A stretch of 64,000 nucleotides of DNA from Eledone cirrhosa (GCA_964016885.1 OZ024742.1:23064001-23128000), one strand, 5' to 3'; positions 45,695 through 58,837 are shown, counted from the stretch's first letter. Numbers and translations: made by a program. The notes: generated by a model from the sequence alone, not told the origin.

Positions 45695-46016
45695 TTAGAA
45701 AGTGAGGTTTTTTTTACAAAATGAAAAATAACCGTGGTGTCCTACACGAGTGGAAGTATAAAGAAAAAGGGATGAAATCGAAAATGCAACTGAAGTCTTA
45801 TTTTTTAAAAAAATATATATATTTATTTGGTTCCTTTACCGGTTTCGCAGTTCTTCTGCTTTTCAAAAGATGTGAGAAAAACCACAGACCCTCCATCTCA
45901 ACTCACCTTTTGAAAAGCAGAAGAACTGCGAAACCGGTAAAGGAACCAAATAAATATATATATTTTTTTTTTAAATAAGACTTCAGTTGCATTTTCGATT
46001 TCATCCCTTTTTCTTT
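45695..46016. mobile_element. Family D fold-back element with U3-A8 hammerheads (45833-45870 minus, 45906-45943 plus)
   Basis: CCTT TTGAAAA GCAG AAGAA CTGC GAAA CCGG TA AAGG. Arms are ~110 bp. Confidence 0.8.
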
Positions 46017-46035
46017 ATATATATATATATATATA

Positions 46036-46821
46036 GAAAAATACTGCAGGTAGCACATGGATAACATGTAATAAAATGAGTCCCTCATCTGTGATTTGCC
46101 GACGATCATAGGTATTTCATTGCATTAAAAATCATATACCTCACGTCGGTGCAATAATAACCAAAATGAGTTATTAGGACAATTGAAACGCGTAAAGCGA
46201 GTGAGACAGGAGAACAACAAAGAGTATAGCTAACCGTAGGGGAAAGAAACAAGCTTCAAAATTATTATGTTTAGCATAAGCTAGGTGAATATATGGCGCT
46301 TTAGAAAAAAGACCTGACACGAACGATGGCCATGTGAGAAGAGAGAAAAATAGCCTTCGTGGTGTACAGGATGAAATGAAGAGAGGAGAAACAGTGAGTG
46401 AGTGAAAGTGTGAGGAAGAGTTAACTGACATGACAGAGGGGGCGAAAGAAGGTAGGAGAAACAGAGAGAATGGGGGAGCAGTAAGAGAGAGAGAGAAAAA
46501 AACACAGAATCGCAGTTTGGGTAAATATATGTAATAAAATATAGAGAAAAATACTGCAGGTAGCACATGGATAACATGTAATAACATGAGTCCCTCATCA
46601 GTGATTTGCCGACGATCATGAATATTTCATTGCATTAAAAATCATATACCTCACATCGGTGCAATAATAACCAAAATAAGTTATTAGGACAATTGAAACG
46701 CGTAAAGCGAGTGAGATAGGAGAACAACAAAGAGTATAGCTAACCGTAGGGGAAAGAAACAAGCTTCAAAATTATTCTGTTTAGCATAAGCTAGGTGAAT
46801 ATATGAGCGCTTTAGAAAAAA
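46036..46821 (-). mobile_element. Partial tandem element (period 510 bp) carrying the permuted hammerhead-like RNA twice
   Basis: 46036-46310 is repeated at 46546-46821. Motif at 46080-46180 and 46590-46690. Confidence 0.8.
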
Positions 46822-46825
46822 TATG

Positions 46826-46863
<38 letters not shown>

Positions 46864-46865
46864 TC

Positions 46866-46906
<41 letters not shown>

Positions 46907-46937
46907 ATACATATATCTATATATATATATACATATA

Positions 46938-46973
<36 letters not shown>

Positions 46974-46997
46974 CATATATCTATATATATACATATA

Positions 46998-47043
<46 letters not shown>

Positions 47044-47093
47044 CATATATCTATATATATATATACATATATCTATATATATATATACATATA

Positions 47094-47129
<36 letters not shown>

Positions 47130-47267
47130 CATATATCTATATATATATATACATATATCTATATATATATATACATATATCTATATATATATATACATAT
47201 ATCTATATATATATATACATATATCTATATATATATATACATATATCTATATATATATATACATATA

Positions 47268-47346
<79 letters not shown>

Positions 47347-47398
47347 ATATATATATATATATATATATACATATATATATACATACATATATATATAT

Positions 47399-47632
<234 letters not shown>

Positions 47633-47684
47633 TATATACATACATACATATATATATACATACATACATACATACATACATACA

Positions 47685-47718
<34 letters not shown>

Positions 47719-47740
47719 CATATATACATATATACATACA

Positions 47741-47844
<104 letters not shown>

Positions 47845-47904
47845 CTTATACATACGCACATAGATATATATATATATAAATATATAAATATATAAATATA
47901 TATA

Positions 47905-48559
47905 TGAATGTATATATAGTGTATTTTGCAATACACTGTATGCTTAATTAAAAGCATTTTGAAGTCCATACGCTATTGTTTTAAAGTATTGACAATGTCA
48001 CTTACTTAAATTTTCAGCAAACAGGGGACATAAGCTGACAAAGCTCTGTTTCGTACTCGTTGGTACTTATCAAAGCTCACTACTCTTCCTGTTTGCTGAA
48101 AATTTAAGTAAGTGACATTGTCACTATTTTAAAACAATAGCGTATGGTCTTCAAAATGTTTTTAAAGAACCCTACAATGTATTGCAAAATACACTATATA
48201 TACATTCATATATATATCGCTATTTCAGAGCACCAATTCTAATTTTCAATTTCTGCTGGACCGCTGACCGCTCTGTACAACCAGTTCCTGATTGTTACTG
48301 GAATTCTATAAGAATACAATACACATAATTTTCAGCAAACAGGAGTAGTGAGCTTTGATAAATACCAACGAGTACGAAACAGAGCTCTGTCAGTTTATTT
48401 TCCCTGTTTGATGAAAATTTAAATAAGTGACATTGTCACTATTTTAAAACAATAATGTATGATCTTCAAAATGCTTTTAATTAAGCATATAGTGTGTTGC
48501 AAAATACACTATATATACATTCATATATATATCGCTATTTCAGAGCACCAATTCTAATA
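47905..48559 (+). mobile_element. Family C retrozyme-like element: inverted arm plus partial tandem (~315 bp), U3-A8 hammerheads
   Basis: HHR at 48031-48078 (minus) and 48350-48396 (plus). 48088-48243 is repeated at 48403-48559. Confidence 0.8.
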
Positions 48560-48568
48560 TATATATAT

Positions 48569-48763
48569 AGTTTTAATATAGAAGAGATTCTACAGGACTA
48601 GAACTGTTTCATTCATTAGAAATCATCAGGAATCTCCTGATGATTTCTAATGAATGAAACAGTTCTAGTCCTGTAGAATCTCTTCTATATTAAAACTTTT
48701 ATACTCTGCTATGTATTGAGTACCTTACTTACTGTGGTTACCTCCGATTCAAGCCGGAATAAC

Positions 48764-48764
<1 letters not shown>
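48569..48764 (+). mobile_element. Family A element with head-to-head hammerheads
   Basis: Near-perfect palindrome centred ~48633. The minus-strand HHR at 48584-48636 has a 7-bp stem I GAGATTC/GAATCTC. Confidence 0.85.
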
Positions 48765-48861
<97 letters not shown>

Positions 48862-50051
48862 CTCAAGCTATATGGATAAACCCCGGTTATGGTCTCCACA
48901 ACGCCCTCCACCCTGTAGGTCCCCTATACCCCGTACTAATGACTAATGGGCAACAACACCCAGCCATAGTTTGTGGTCCCTACGGTGGATTGTCCACCGG
49001 ATCCTCTACTGGTTGGGATTCAACAAAACCACGTTTATTGAACCTGAGGATCACCCCCCCCCCCGCCCACGGGAGTGGCCCACACAGGAAGAACAATTAT
49101 CTATAGCTACTAACCCTATACGCATGAATGCATGCCCACAACTGTGCGTTGTGTGTGTATACTGGGATTACGTGAATGTACACACTTATGTGAACGCAAT
49201 GAAATAATAATACCCCAGCTTGCATTTGAAAAATGTTCGAGTGTATGCTTAAGAGTATATTTGTATATGCTCTCTTATATGAGTGCACATGTGTATATAG
49301 ATATACACATGTATCCAGAGGTATACAAATGTGGGTGGGTGCTTGCACCTATATATGTCTGTACTAAGGGTTTCGCCTAAGCTCCAAAGCCCCTAAGCTA
49401 TTGCTGTGAAGATATATATCACACTCTACATTTGTCTAGTCTAAACATGTCTTTTCCAAAACCCACTTTACTTTTCTTTAAAAATAACACCCATCTCGTT
49501 TTATATCTGCCATATACTTGGATTTGGTGTCCTCTGTTGTATATATATATATGCACTTGTGCGTACATACATATATATACACACCTGTTTGGATTTGTGT
49601 GTGTAGATGTGTGTGTGTGTCTGTGGGGGTAGGTTTGAGTGTATGTACAAGTCAACCAACGTAAGTTTTTTTATATGTAAACTTTATAGTATTTGACTAT
49701 AACCATCATTTTCAGTAGTACCACCCCACATAAATTCCACAATTTAAGAATGACCTGTAGTATCGAATTTCATACTATAGAACTCAATTGAATATATATC
49801 TGACCAGGAATGCTTTTTGTAAAAATCAGTCATATGGAACTATTGTCATCTTGCCTGACGGTTTGAACTTTACAACACCACCTGCCTCTTTGAGGTCAAA
49901 TACCAACCCTACAAGCATCTTCAAACTGACCAATGAGAATTAAGATTTTTCCTGCTGATACATTAAATTATCTCTAACAAGCTCATATGTCCCAAGGCTC
50001 TAAAATCATCAACACCATAAACACAGAGCTGGCATATCTAAGAAATGACTA

Positions 50052-50107
50052 ACTGCCTGATGAGGTCATAGCCATTCAATGGCTATCATCGAAATATATA
50101 TAGCAGT
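50052..50107 (+). ncRNA. Type I hammerhead, family E, near the end of a probable ~1.3-kb insert (48860-50151)
   Basis: ACTGC CTGATGA GGTC ATAGCCAT TCA ATGGCTAT CATC GAAA TATATA TA GCAGT followed by AATAAA. Confidence 0.85.
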
Positions 50108-50175
50108 AAATAAAGGATTATGAGTTCATGCAATTGACTTATATTTCGTCACTATATATATATATATGTATGTAT

Positions 50176-50549
50176 ATCACATAAGAAACGGAGAATCAGT
50201 GGTTTGACGAATAAGATTTATTAGACATATTACAATCGTTTCTCTGGCGACCACCACGAGGCATTACGATGCAATGATCAAACCTCACTCTGAAATCGCA
50301 AGATCCTCGTAAACTCTGCTTCGTAGAATCGAAACCTATCCTAGGATCTTGCAATTTCAGTGTCAGGTTTCCTCATTGCATCGATCGTGCCTCGAGCTGG
50401 TCGCCAGAGTAACGATTGTAATATGTCTAATAAATCTTAATCGTCGCACCACTGATTCTCCGTTTCTTTTGTGATATTACACTCTGCTCTGTAAGAACAT
50501 CGAGTGCTCAAACGGCCTACCCGTTACGGACGCTTTCAGCATCGCACAC

Positions 50550-50555
<6 letters not shown>
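50176..50555 (+). mobile_element. Family I-related fold-back element, degenerate extended-stem-II hammerhead
   Basis: Arms ~50176-50309 and ~50343-50476 are diverged. The tail is shared with 30965-31050. Confidence 0.7.
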
Positions 50556-50586
<31 letters not shown>

Positions 50587-50592
<6 letters not shown>

Positions 50593-51030
50593 AAGTTAAA
50601 TAAAGTTAAATAAAAGTCAAATGATTAAAATTTAGCTTCGTTTATTACTGCTATATATATTTCAGTGACAGCCATCTTTGGCTGTGACCTCTTCAGGTAG
50701 TTTGAATTAGTATGGTATAGACAAGTACATATGTTGTTTAGGTGTATGATATTGTCAATACTCTGATATGCCCAGTTCCTTGTTGGGTTGTTAATTCACT
50801 GGGGAACTGGAGTCATATGACTAATTCAAACAACCTGAAGAGGTCACAGCCAAAGATGGCTGTCACTGAAATATATATAGCAGTAATAAACGAAGCTAAA
50901 TTTTAATCATTTGACTTTTATTTAACTTTATTTTACACTACTCCGGAGTAACCAAACCAACCTGCGCACTTCGTCGAGTGCTCCAGCCTGCATACTGAGG
51001 TGTTGGTATACAACCAATATAAACTCAAAA
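50587..51030 (+). mobile_element. Family E fold-back element with two hammerheads (~50647-50702 minus, ~50830-50884 plus)
   Basis: ~115-bp arms. CTGAAGA GGTC ACAGCCA AAGA TGGCTGT CACT GAAA TATATA TA GCAGT. Confidence 0.82.
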
Positions 51031-51765
51031 TCTCTCTCTCTCTCTCTCTATATATATACACCTATGTATGCAAGTATATTGCAAAATTAAACAAAACGAA
51101 CAACAGAAGAGACTAATCTACATGAAAGGATAGATGGTAACTAAGTGTATCTACGTGGATTTGTTATTATAGGAAGCCATATGGTGGTAGTGGACTAGAA
51201 TTCTCTCAAAGACCCTCTTTATCAAGAGAGAAATACGTCCTACCCATGTTCATATTTACACTTACTCTCATAATCACACTACTGCTAACCACCAATACCA
51301 ACAGCAACGCCGCCATCATCACAGCACATTCAATGGGCGAGTATATCTTATTCGCTTGTGTTAGGTTTTATATATTTCTAGAAATATCTCCGCAAAACTA
51401 ATCAATTAATGAGGGATACAGCACTACTTCCTGGAGTTCTGAATAATTTATTTTGTATTTATAACACTTGCTAGTTCGAATAAACATACGGTTTATATAT
51501 ATATATATATACATAAATACATAAACGGAGAAAGCTTTTAGCGATACTCCGGCCAAATTCTAATTCACTCAACAAACATTAGGAAATGCCGGAGTATATT
51601 CCCAATTAAACGCTCGGGGTGCTAACTATATTGCATTATGCGATTCTCTGCCTAAATTTTAATCTGTTATTTTAATAAATATTTGTTCTAGGGTTCTTAT
51701 ATAATTGATATATATTTATCCTTATCGAGCCCTCTTTGGATATTAGTCTTCACATTTATTATTAT

Positions 51766-51810
<45 letters not shown>

Positions 51811-51814
<4 letters not shown>

Positions 51815-51927
51815 AACCAGTAAGACCCCAGGGGTCTTACTGGTTCCTATTACCCACTCTACTACCTCAAGTATTGAGTACTTTGGTGCGTTATGGTCCA
51901 CCTGGTTCCTTACCACATTTGCTTCGT

Positions 51928-51929
<2 letters not shown>
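51811..51929 (+). mobile_element. Family B element folded back at the predicted cleavage site; a family G 3' fragment precedes it (51640-51770)
   Basis: TAGGAACCAGTAAGACCCC A GGGGTCTTACTGGTTCCTA. Confidence 0.85.
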
Positions 51930-52000
<71 letters not shown>

Positions 52001-52003
<3 letters not shown>

Positions 52004-52893
52004 AATAATGGAGCTGCGGCGCTGCAAATGGGTTACATATGAAAAAGTTTGTTCTCATCAGTGGCCATCCAACCGTCGTAGGCATTTCGTCGCATTAAAG
52101 GCCATATACCTCAGGTTGGTGCGAGCAACGGCTAAAAAAAGTCGTTGGGACACGTAAATAAAGGGGATGCTAGGGTAAACAAACAAAATGGTTTAAGCAG
52201 CAGAAAGTGATGAAGAAGGAAACAATTCCCAGATTTCTATGAATATAAATTCGGTGGAATCGTTAACGAGAGAATAAAGACCATCAAACCTGGTTGAAAT
52301 GTGAGCAAGGAAGGAATTTCGCACAGGTCTAACGGAAGGAAGAAGGAGTCTGGTCTGCGAATTCGGTAAACATAAGTTCTGTGAAGTCGCAAACTCTCTC
52401 TGTTAGCCTCTTCCTCACCTTTCACTCACTCACTCTCTGACCCCACCTCTCCTCCTCCCCTTTCTTCCCGTTTGACCTGTCCGTAATCCTTTTCTCGCGG
52501 GCACCCAGCCAAGCCGGTATGAATTTTTTTTCTCTCTCTCTCGTTTGCGACTTCACAGACCTTATGTTTACCGAATTCGCAGACTAGACCCCTTCTGCCT
52601 CCCGTTAGACCTGTGCGAAATTCCTTCCTTGCTCACATTTCAACCAGGTTTGATGGTCTTTATTCTCTCGTTCACGATTCCACCGAATTTATATTCATAG
52701 CAATCTGGGAATTGTTTCCTTCTTCATCACTTTCTGCTGCTTAAACCATTTTGTTTGTTTACCTTAGCGTCCCCTTTATTTACGTGTCCCAACGACTTTT
52801 TTTTAGCCGTTGCTCGCACCAACCTGAGGTATATGGCCTTTAATGCGACGAAATGCCTACGACGGTTGGATGGCCACTGATGAGGACAAACTT

Positions 52894-52900
<7 letters not shown>
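52001..52900 (-). mobile_element. Fold-back element with ~355-bp arms carrying the permuted hammerhead-like RNA
   Basis: Arms ~52037-52393 and ~52543-52900. Motif at 52051-52151 (minus) and 52786-52887 (plus). Confidence 0.82.
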
Positions 52901-52953
<53 letters not shown>

Positions 52954-53140
52954 AAAATGTTAGAGTTTCCTTGAAGCATTGTATATAATATATAATATTG
53001 AAAGAGATAGAAGGCTGAACAATGCAAAATGGTCTATAAGATGAGGTAACGAAAAGTAAAAGTTACCCTGTAATCTTTGTTTTGTTTTATTTTGAATATA
53101 TATATATATATATAATATATGTGTGTGTATATATATATAT

Positions 53141-54060
<920 letters not shown>

Positions 54061-54101
54061 AAAAAAAAATGTATATATATAGAGAGAGAGAGAGGGAGAT
54101 G

Positions 54102-54153
54102 GCTTCTACAGGACTAGAACTATTTCATTCAAAAGAAATCATCTGGATTGAAT
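54102..54153 (-). ncRNA. Degenerate family A hammerhead
   Basis: Minus strand CAGATGA TTTCTTTTGAAT GAAA TAG TTCTAGTC CTG TA GAAGC. Confidence 0.6.
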
Positions 54154-54576
54154 CCGGGATACACATATGTAACGAAAGAAATAGTTTGCTCCAGGTTTGA
54201 AATCATGATTTATGTCATGCAAACACTCACAAACATATTTATATGTATATACACGCCTCTGCAGAATGCTCGTAACAAGTCAATACATAATTAAAGACCA
54301 CATACGTTTAACTTCATCATTTTTCTTAATATATATATACATACATACATACATACATATATATATATAGAGAGAGAGAGAAAGCGAAAGAGAGTGAGAG
54401 GGATAGAAAGAGAGAGAGACATATACATTTATATATATATATATATATATACACACACATATACTTATACATATATTTGTGTGCGAGCGCGCGCGTGTGT
54501 GTTTGTGTATGCGTGTGTATGTTTGTGTGAATTTGCGCGCACGTGTGTGTATGCATATGTGTGTCTTCGTGTGTGC

Positions 54577-54608
<32 letters not shown>

Positions 54609-54641
54609 CTTTGTTCTGCGTTTTTTTGTTGTTGTTTTGGG

Positions 54642-54713
<72 letters not shown>

Positions 54714-55218
54714 CGTGCTTAGCGTAGAACATGATATCAAACCTGGAGCAAACACTTTCTTTCATAAGAGCCCATAACACTCAGAAAATCGGAAAACGTT
54801 CTCTTGTAGAAATTCTTACTCTCATACATGAGGGTGTCTTTAAGGAAGAAGAACATTCTTCAGAGAATATTCCATCAAAGAGTCTCAAGATGGATGACTT
54901 TTAGAACACCTTTGGCACAGATCTAATGGTGGAATATCAAAGCTTCCAAAGATATGAAAGAATGTTTCTCTCACGGTACAGAGATTATATCGAAAACATA
55001 ATCCTTAAATGGTTCTCTTAAGAGAGGTTATACACATAGAACTACACAACAAATGCGCAGCACATGTATACACAGCTTTAAGAGACTTGCATGTGTTAAA
55101 TGTAGATGTATGTATGCTTGCATGTATGAATATATCTATGTATGAATGCTTGTATGAATGAATCTATGTATACATGTAGGTATATATATAACTATGTATG
55201 TTATATATATACTGTATA

Positions 55219-55306
<88 letters not shown>

Positions 55307-55477
55307 GGCGGTGTATGTTATTTATATATATTTTTTATCCATATATTACTAGTTTCTAGCTTTTATTCGCACATGTTCTATTATAACTTTATCTTATACC
55401 TCACGCTCACTTTCTTGTATGTGTGACTATATATATATATACATATACATACATACATACACACACACGCATACACG

Positions 55478-55521
<44 letters not shown>

Positions 55522-55762
55522 CATACATGCATACATATATATATACATACATATATATATATATACATATATATATATTTATATGTGTATATAAATGTAT
55601 ACATATAGATATATACATATAGATATATATATGTGTATAAATATAAATATACATATATATATATATATTTATATATATGTATATATAATATATATATATA
55701 TGTGTGTGTGTGTGTATGTATAAATATATATATATGTATCTATAAACATATATATATGTGTA

Positions 55763-55831
<69 letters not shown>

Positions 55832-57499
55832 GAAGTGCCTGTGTGGGTATATATGGATGTAGACGGACTGCGGAATAGAGAGAATAAAAAGACATTGATG
55901 GGGGGGGGGAGATTAAGATGGAGAGAGAGTTAGAGAGGGAGAGACGCAGATCAATATCCTTACCACGCACACACACACAGATATGTATGTGTGTTGGTAT
56001 ATATACATAGGCATGTGTGTGTGTGTGTATATATATATTTATATATGTAGTCGTCAAGTATGAAATTTGTAGAAAAAACTGTTGACCATTTGCCTCACTA
56101 CAAATTTCATATTTGACGATGCAATATATATATATTTAATATATATATGAGTGCGTGCGCGCGTGTGTGTGTGTGTGTGTATAAGTCGTGTGTGAATGTA
56201 TATGTGTGCGTATGTCTATGTGTCTGTGTATGTCTGTGTATACATGTACGTATCTATACTTCACAGACAGAAACACGTGTACATATATAAAGATATAGCT
56301 AAATAGATTGCCCAGATACATGTATAGGTGTATATAAACTGTAGGTGTGTGAGGTAGTGTGTGTATGTAAAAATATATTCATGTCCTTTGCTGTTTCTTT
56401 TATTCTATAAAGACTACTTCTTAATCTAATGGTTAATAACATTCCTTTACTGTGTGGATTGGCAGTATTAGTAGAGCGACAGACTCCAAGCTTTGCAGCA
56501 TAGAGCTATGGCCCTTTATGTTCTAAGTTCAAAACTGGGGCTAATTGCTGGCCTTGTGCCAAAAGTAGAAATAACTATCGTTACGTCTCAGGTTTGAATC
56601 TATGTCATCTTGGAGAAATATAAGTTATCCACGCTACGGCACTGAGGGAAGTTAGTTAAATACAAACTGTATGTACGTTTGTGTATTGGACTTTACTTGC
56701 AAATTATGACGTCTGCATAGTCACATTCTTTGCTATGCTCATACTGCCAGCAGGGGCGGATTTATTGGGTGGATGTGGGGACAATTGCACCATGCCACCT
56801 CCAGGGGGAGCTACACCAGCGACAACCGTAGCAATTTATTTGTGACCTGAGCTGGGACTTCTAGTTTTGGATGGTCAGAATTTTTGAGGTCTAAATCCAA
56901 TTCTGGCTGCCATGTATTAGATTAGGGTTACACATATGTTTGGATTACTCACCCACTTACACATAAATTCGGTTAAGCCTACATCTAGAACACACACATT
57001 GAACTCGATGGAGACCAATCTAATTTGTGAGTATATCTGTGTATGTCAAATTCTATATCTAAATATGCGCGTACACACACAAACACCCCTAACACACATA
57101 CACACACGCATAGATGCGTGTTTGTGTGATATTACAGAATGTTTAGGTATTCAGAATGTGATATTACAGAATGCTCTAGGTATTCTACAAACCTAACGGC
57201 CTGGACTTGTAGTTTATTTATCGAGCGATATTTAAAGAAAAGCAATGTTGAACGTGGCAAGATTTTATCTCATAATACTGAGAGCGAAAAGAAAGTTGGC
57301 AAATATTTTAACGAACACTGTGACAACTTTGCTAACTCATCATGTATTGCAAATCTATAATATCTAAAATGAATATAAGATACAAGATGTGTATATAGTT
57401 TATATAAAGGATTCAGGGATCCAGAGATAGAGATAGATATATATATATAGAGAGAGAGAGAGTAGGAGAGGGGAAGGCGATGTGGATATATATACAGAG

Positions 57500-57500
57500 G

Positions 57501-57561
<61 letters not shown>

Positions 57562-57574
57562 GGAGAGAGAGAAG

Positions 57575-57620
<46 letters not shown>

Positions 57621-57654
57621 GCTAGATAGATATATAGATAAATAGATAGATAGC

Positions 57655-57725
<71 letters not shown>
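57500..57725. repeat. (GA)n and (GATA)n microsatellites
   Basis: Directly visible. Confidence 0.95.
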
Positions 57726-57728
<3 letters not shown>

Positions 57729-57729
57729 T

Positions 57730-58105
57730 ATTTCTTTTATTTGCCACTAGGGCATCAAAAGTGGGACAAGTACAAAGGGGGGAGTTTACACAAAAAGGCG
57801 TCCTCAATAAGGAGGAGGCAATAACAAAATATAAAAATAAAATAAGATATAAAAAATAAAATTTTTAACAAAATCCTCAATAGAGAGGAGGCGCCTTGGG
57901 GGGTCGCACACACCCCCGAAAAAAGTGTGCAACCCTTCTCCTCAGGAGCACAGAGAAGGGGTGCTCCCTTGGTCTTTCATCTTCCTCACCTATATTCTGA
58001 TGTAGAGTGAAGGCCCATTCACACGGGCCATTCTCGCCACTTTCACCCATCTTTCATAGAAACGGCTGGGGTGCAGCACCTCTCTCTCCATCCTGATCCT
58101 TCTTA
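57730..58105 (-). mobile_element. Probable Tx1/L1-like LINE 3' end inserted in (GATA)n
   Basis: Minus frame RRIRMEREVLHPSRFYERW, a GC-rich UTR and an AATAAAAGAAA end. Confidence 0.45.
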
Positions 58106-58653
58106 TAGATAGATAAGTAGATAGATAGATAGACGGACGGATAGACAGAAATCAATCAATAACTTGCAAGCTACCAGGTAACTAGATAGATACATATGTA
58201 CCAAGATAGGCAGATATGCTATACAAACTCGATCGATGCTCTTCCGTTGTTTATCGGCTTTATTCAAAGATTGCCTACATCAAGAGATTTCTCTTTATTT
58301 CTGACACAGTGCAGGTGATTCTTCGGAATATTCAAACTACAACCGTTGTATGCTTTTAAATATCTCGTTCAATATGTCCGCTTTTTGTTTGAAGAATTTG
58401 GATCTGTTCAAAAATAGTTTGGAAATCTCAATCACTTCACAACATTGCCTAGATTACCGTCTGAAGCTAAGTAATATTTAGTAAATCTTAAAATGTTATT
58501 TAAACTTATCTAATGCTGTCTTTAATTGCATTTTCATTTTATTGCCGCAAACCAATTTTTAATAATCTATTTTATGTGTATATGCTTACCCTTAGGTGAA
58601 ACTCAGAGATTTTCATATTTCCGTATATGTGGTACTTAATATATTTCTCAGCA

Positions 58654-58738
<85 letters not shown>

Positions 58739-58779
58739 TATATATATATATAGAGAGAGAGATAGATAGATATAGATAT

Positions 58780-58837
<58 letters not shown>

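Noticed and set aside
52820-52887. C/D snoRNA, twister or pistol interpretation of the permuted motif
   Set aside because: CTGA precedes TGATGA (wrong box order) and the twister/pistol strand adjacency is not met, whereas all hammerhead core strands and stems I and III fit.
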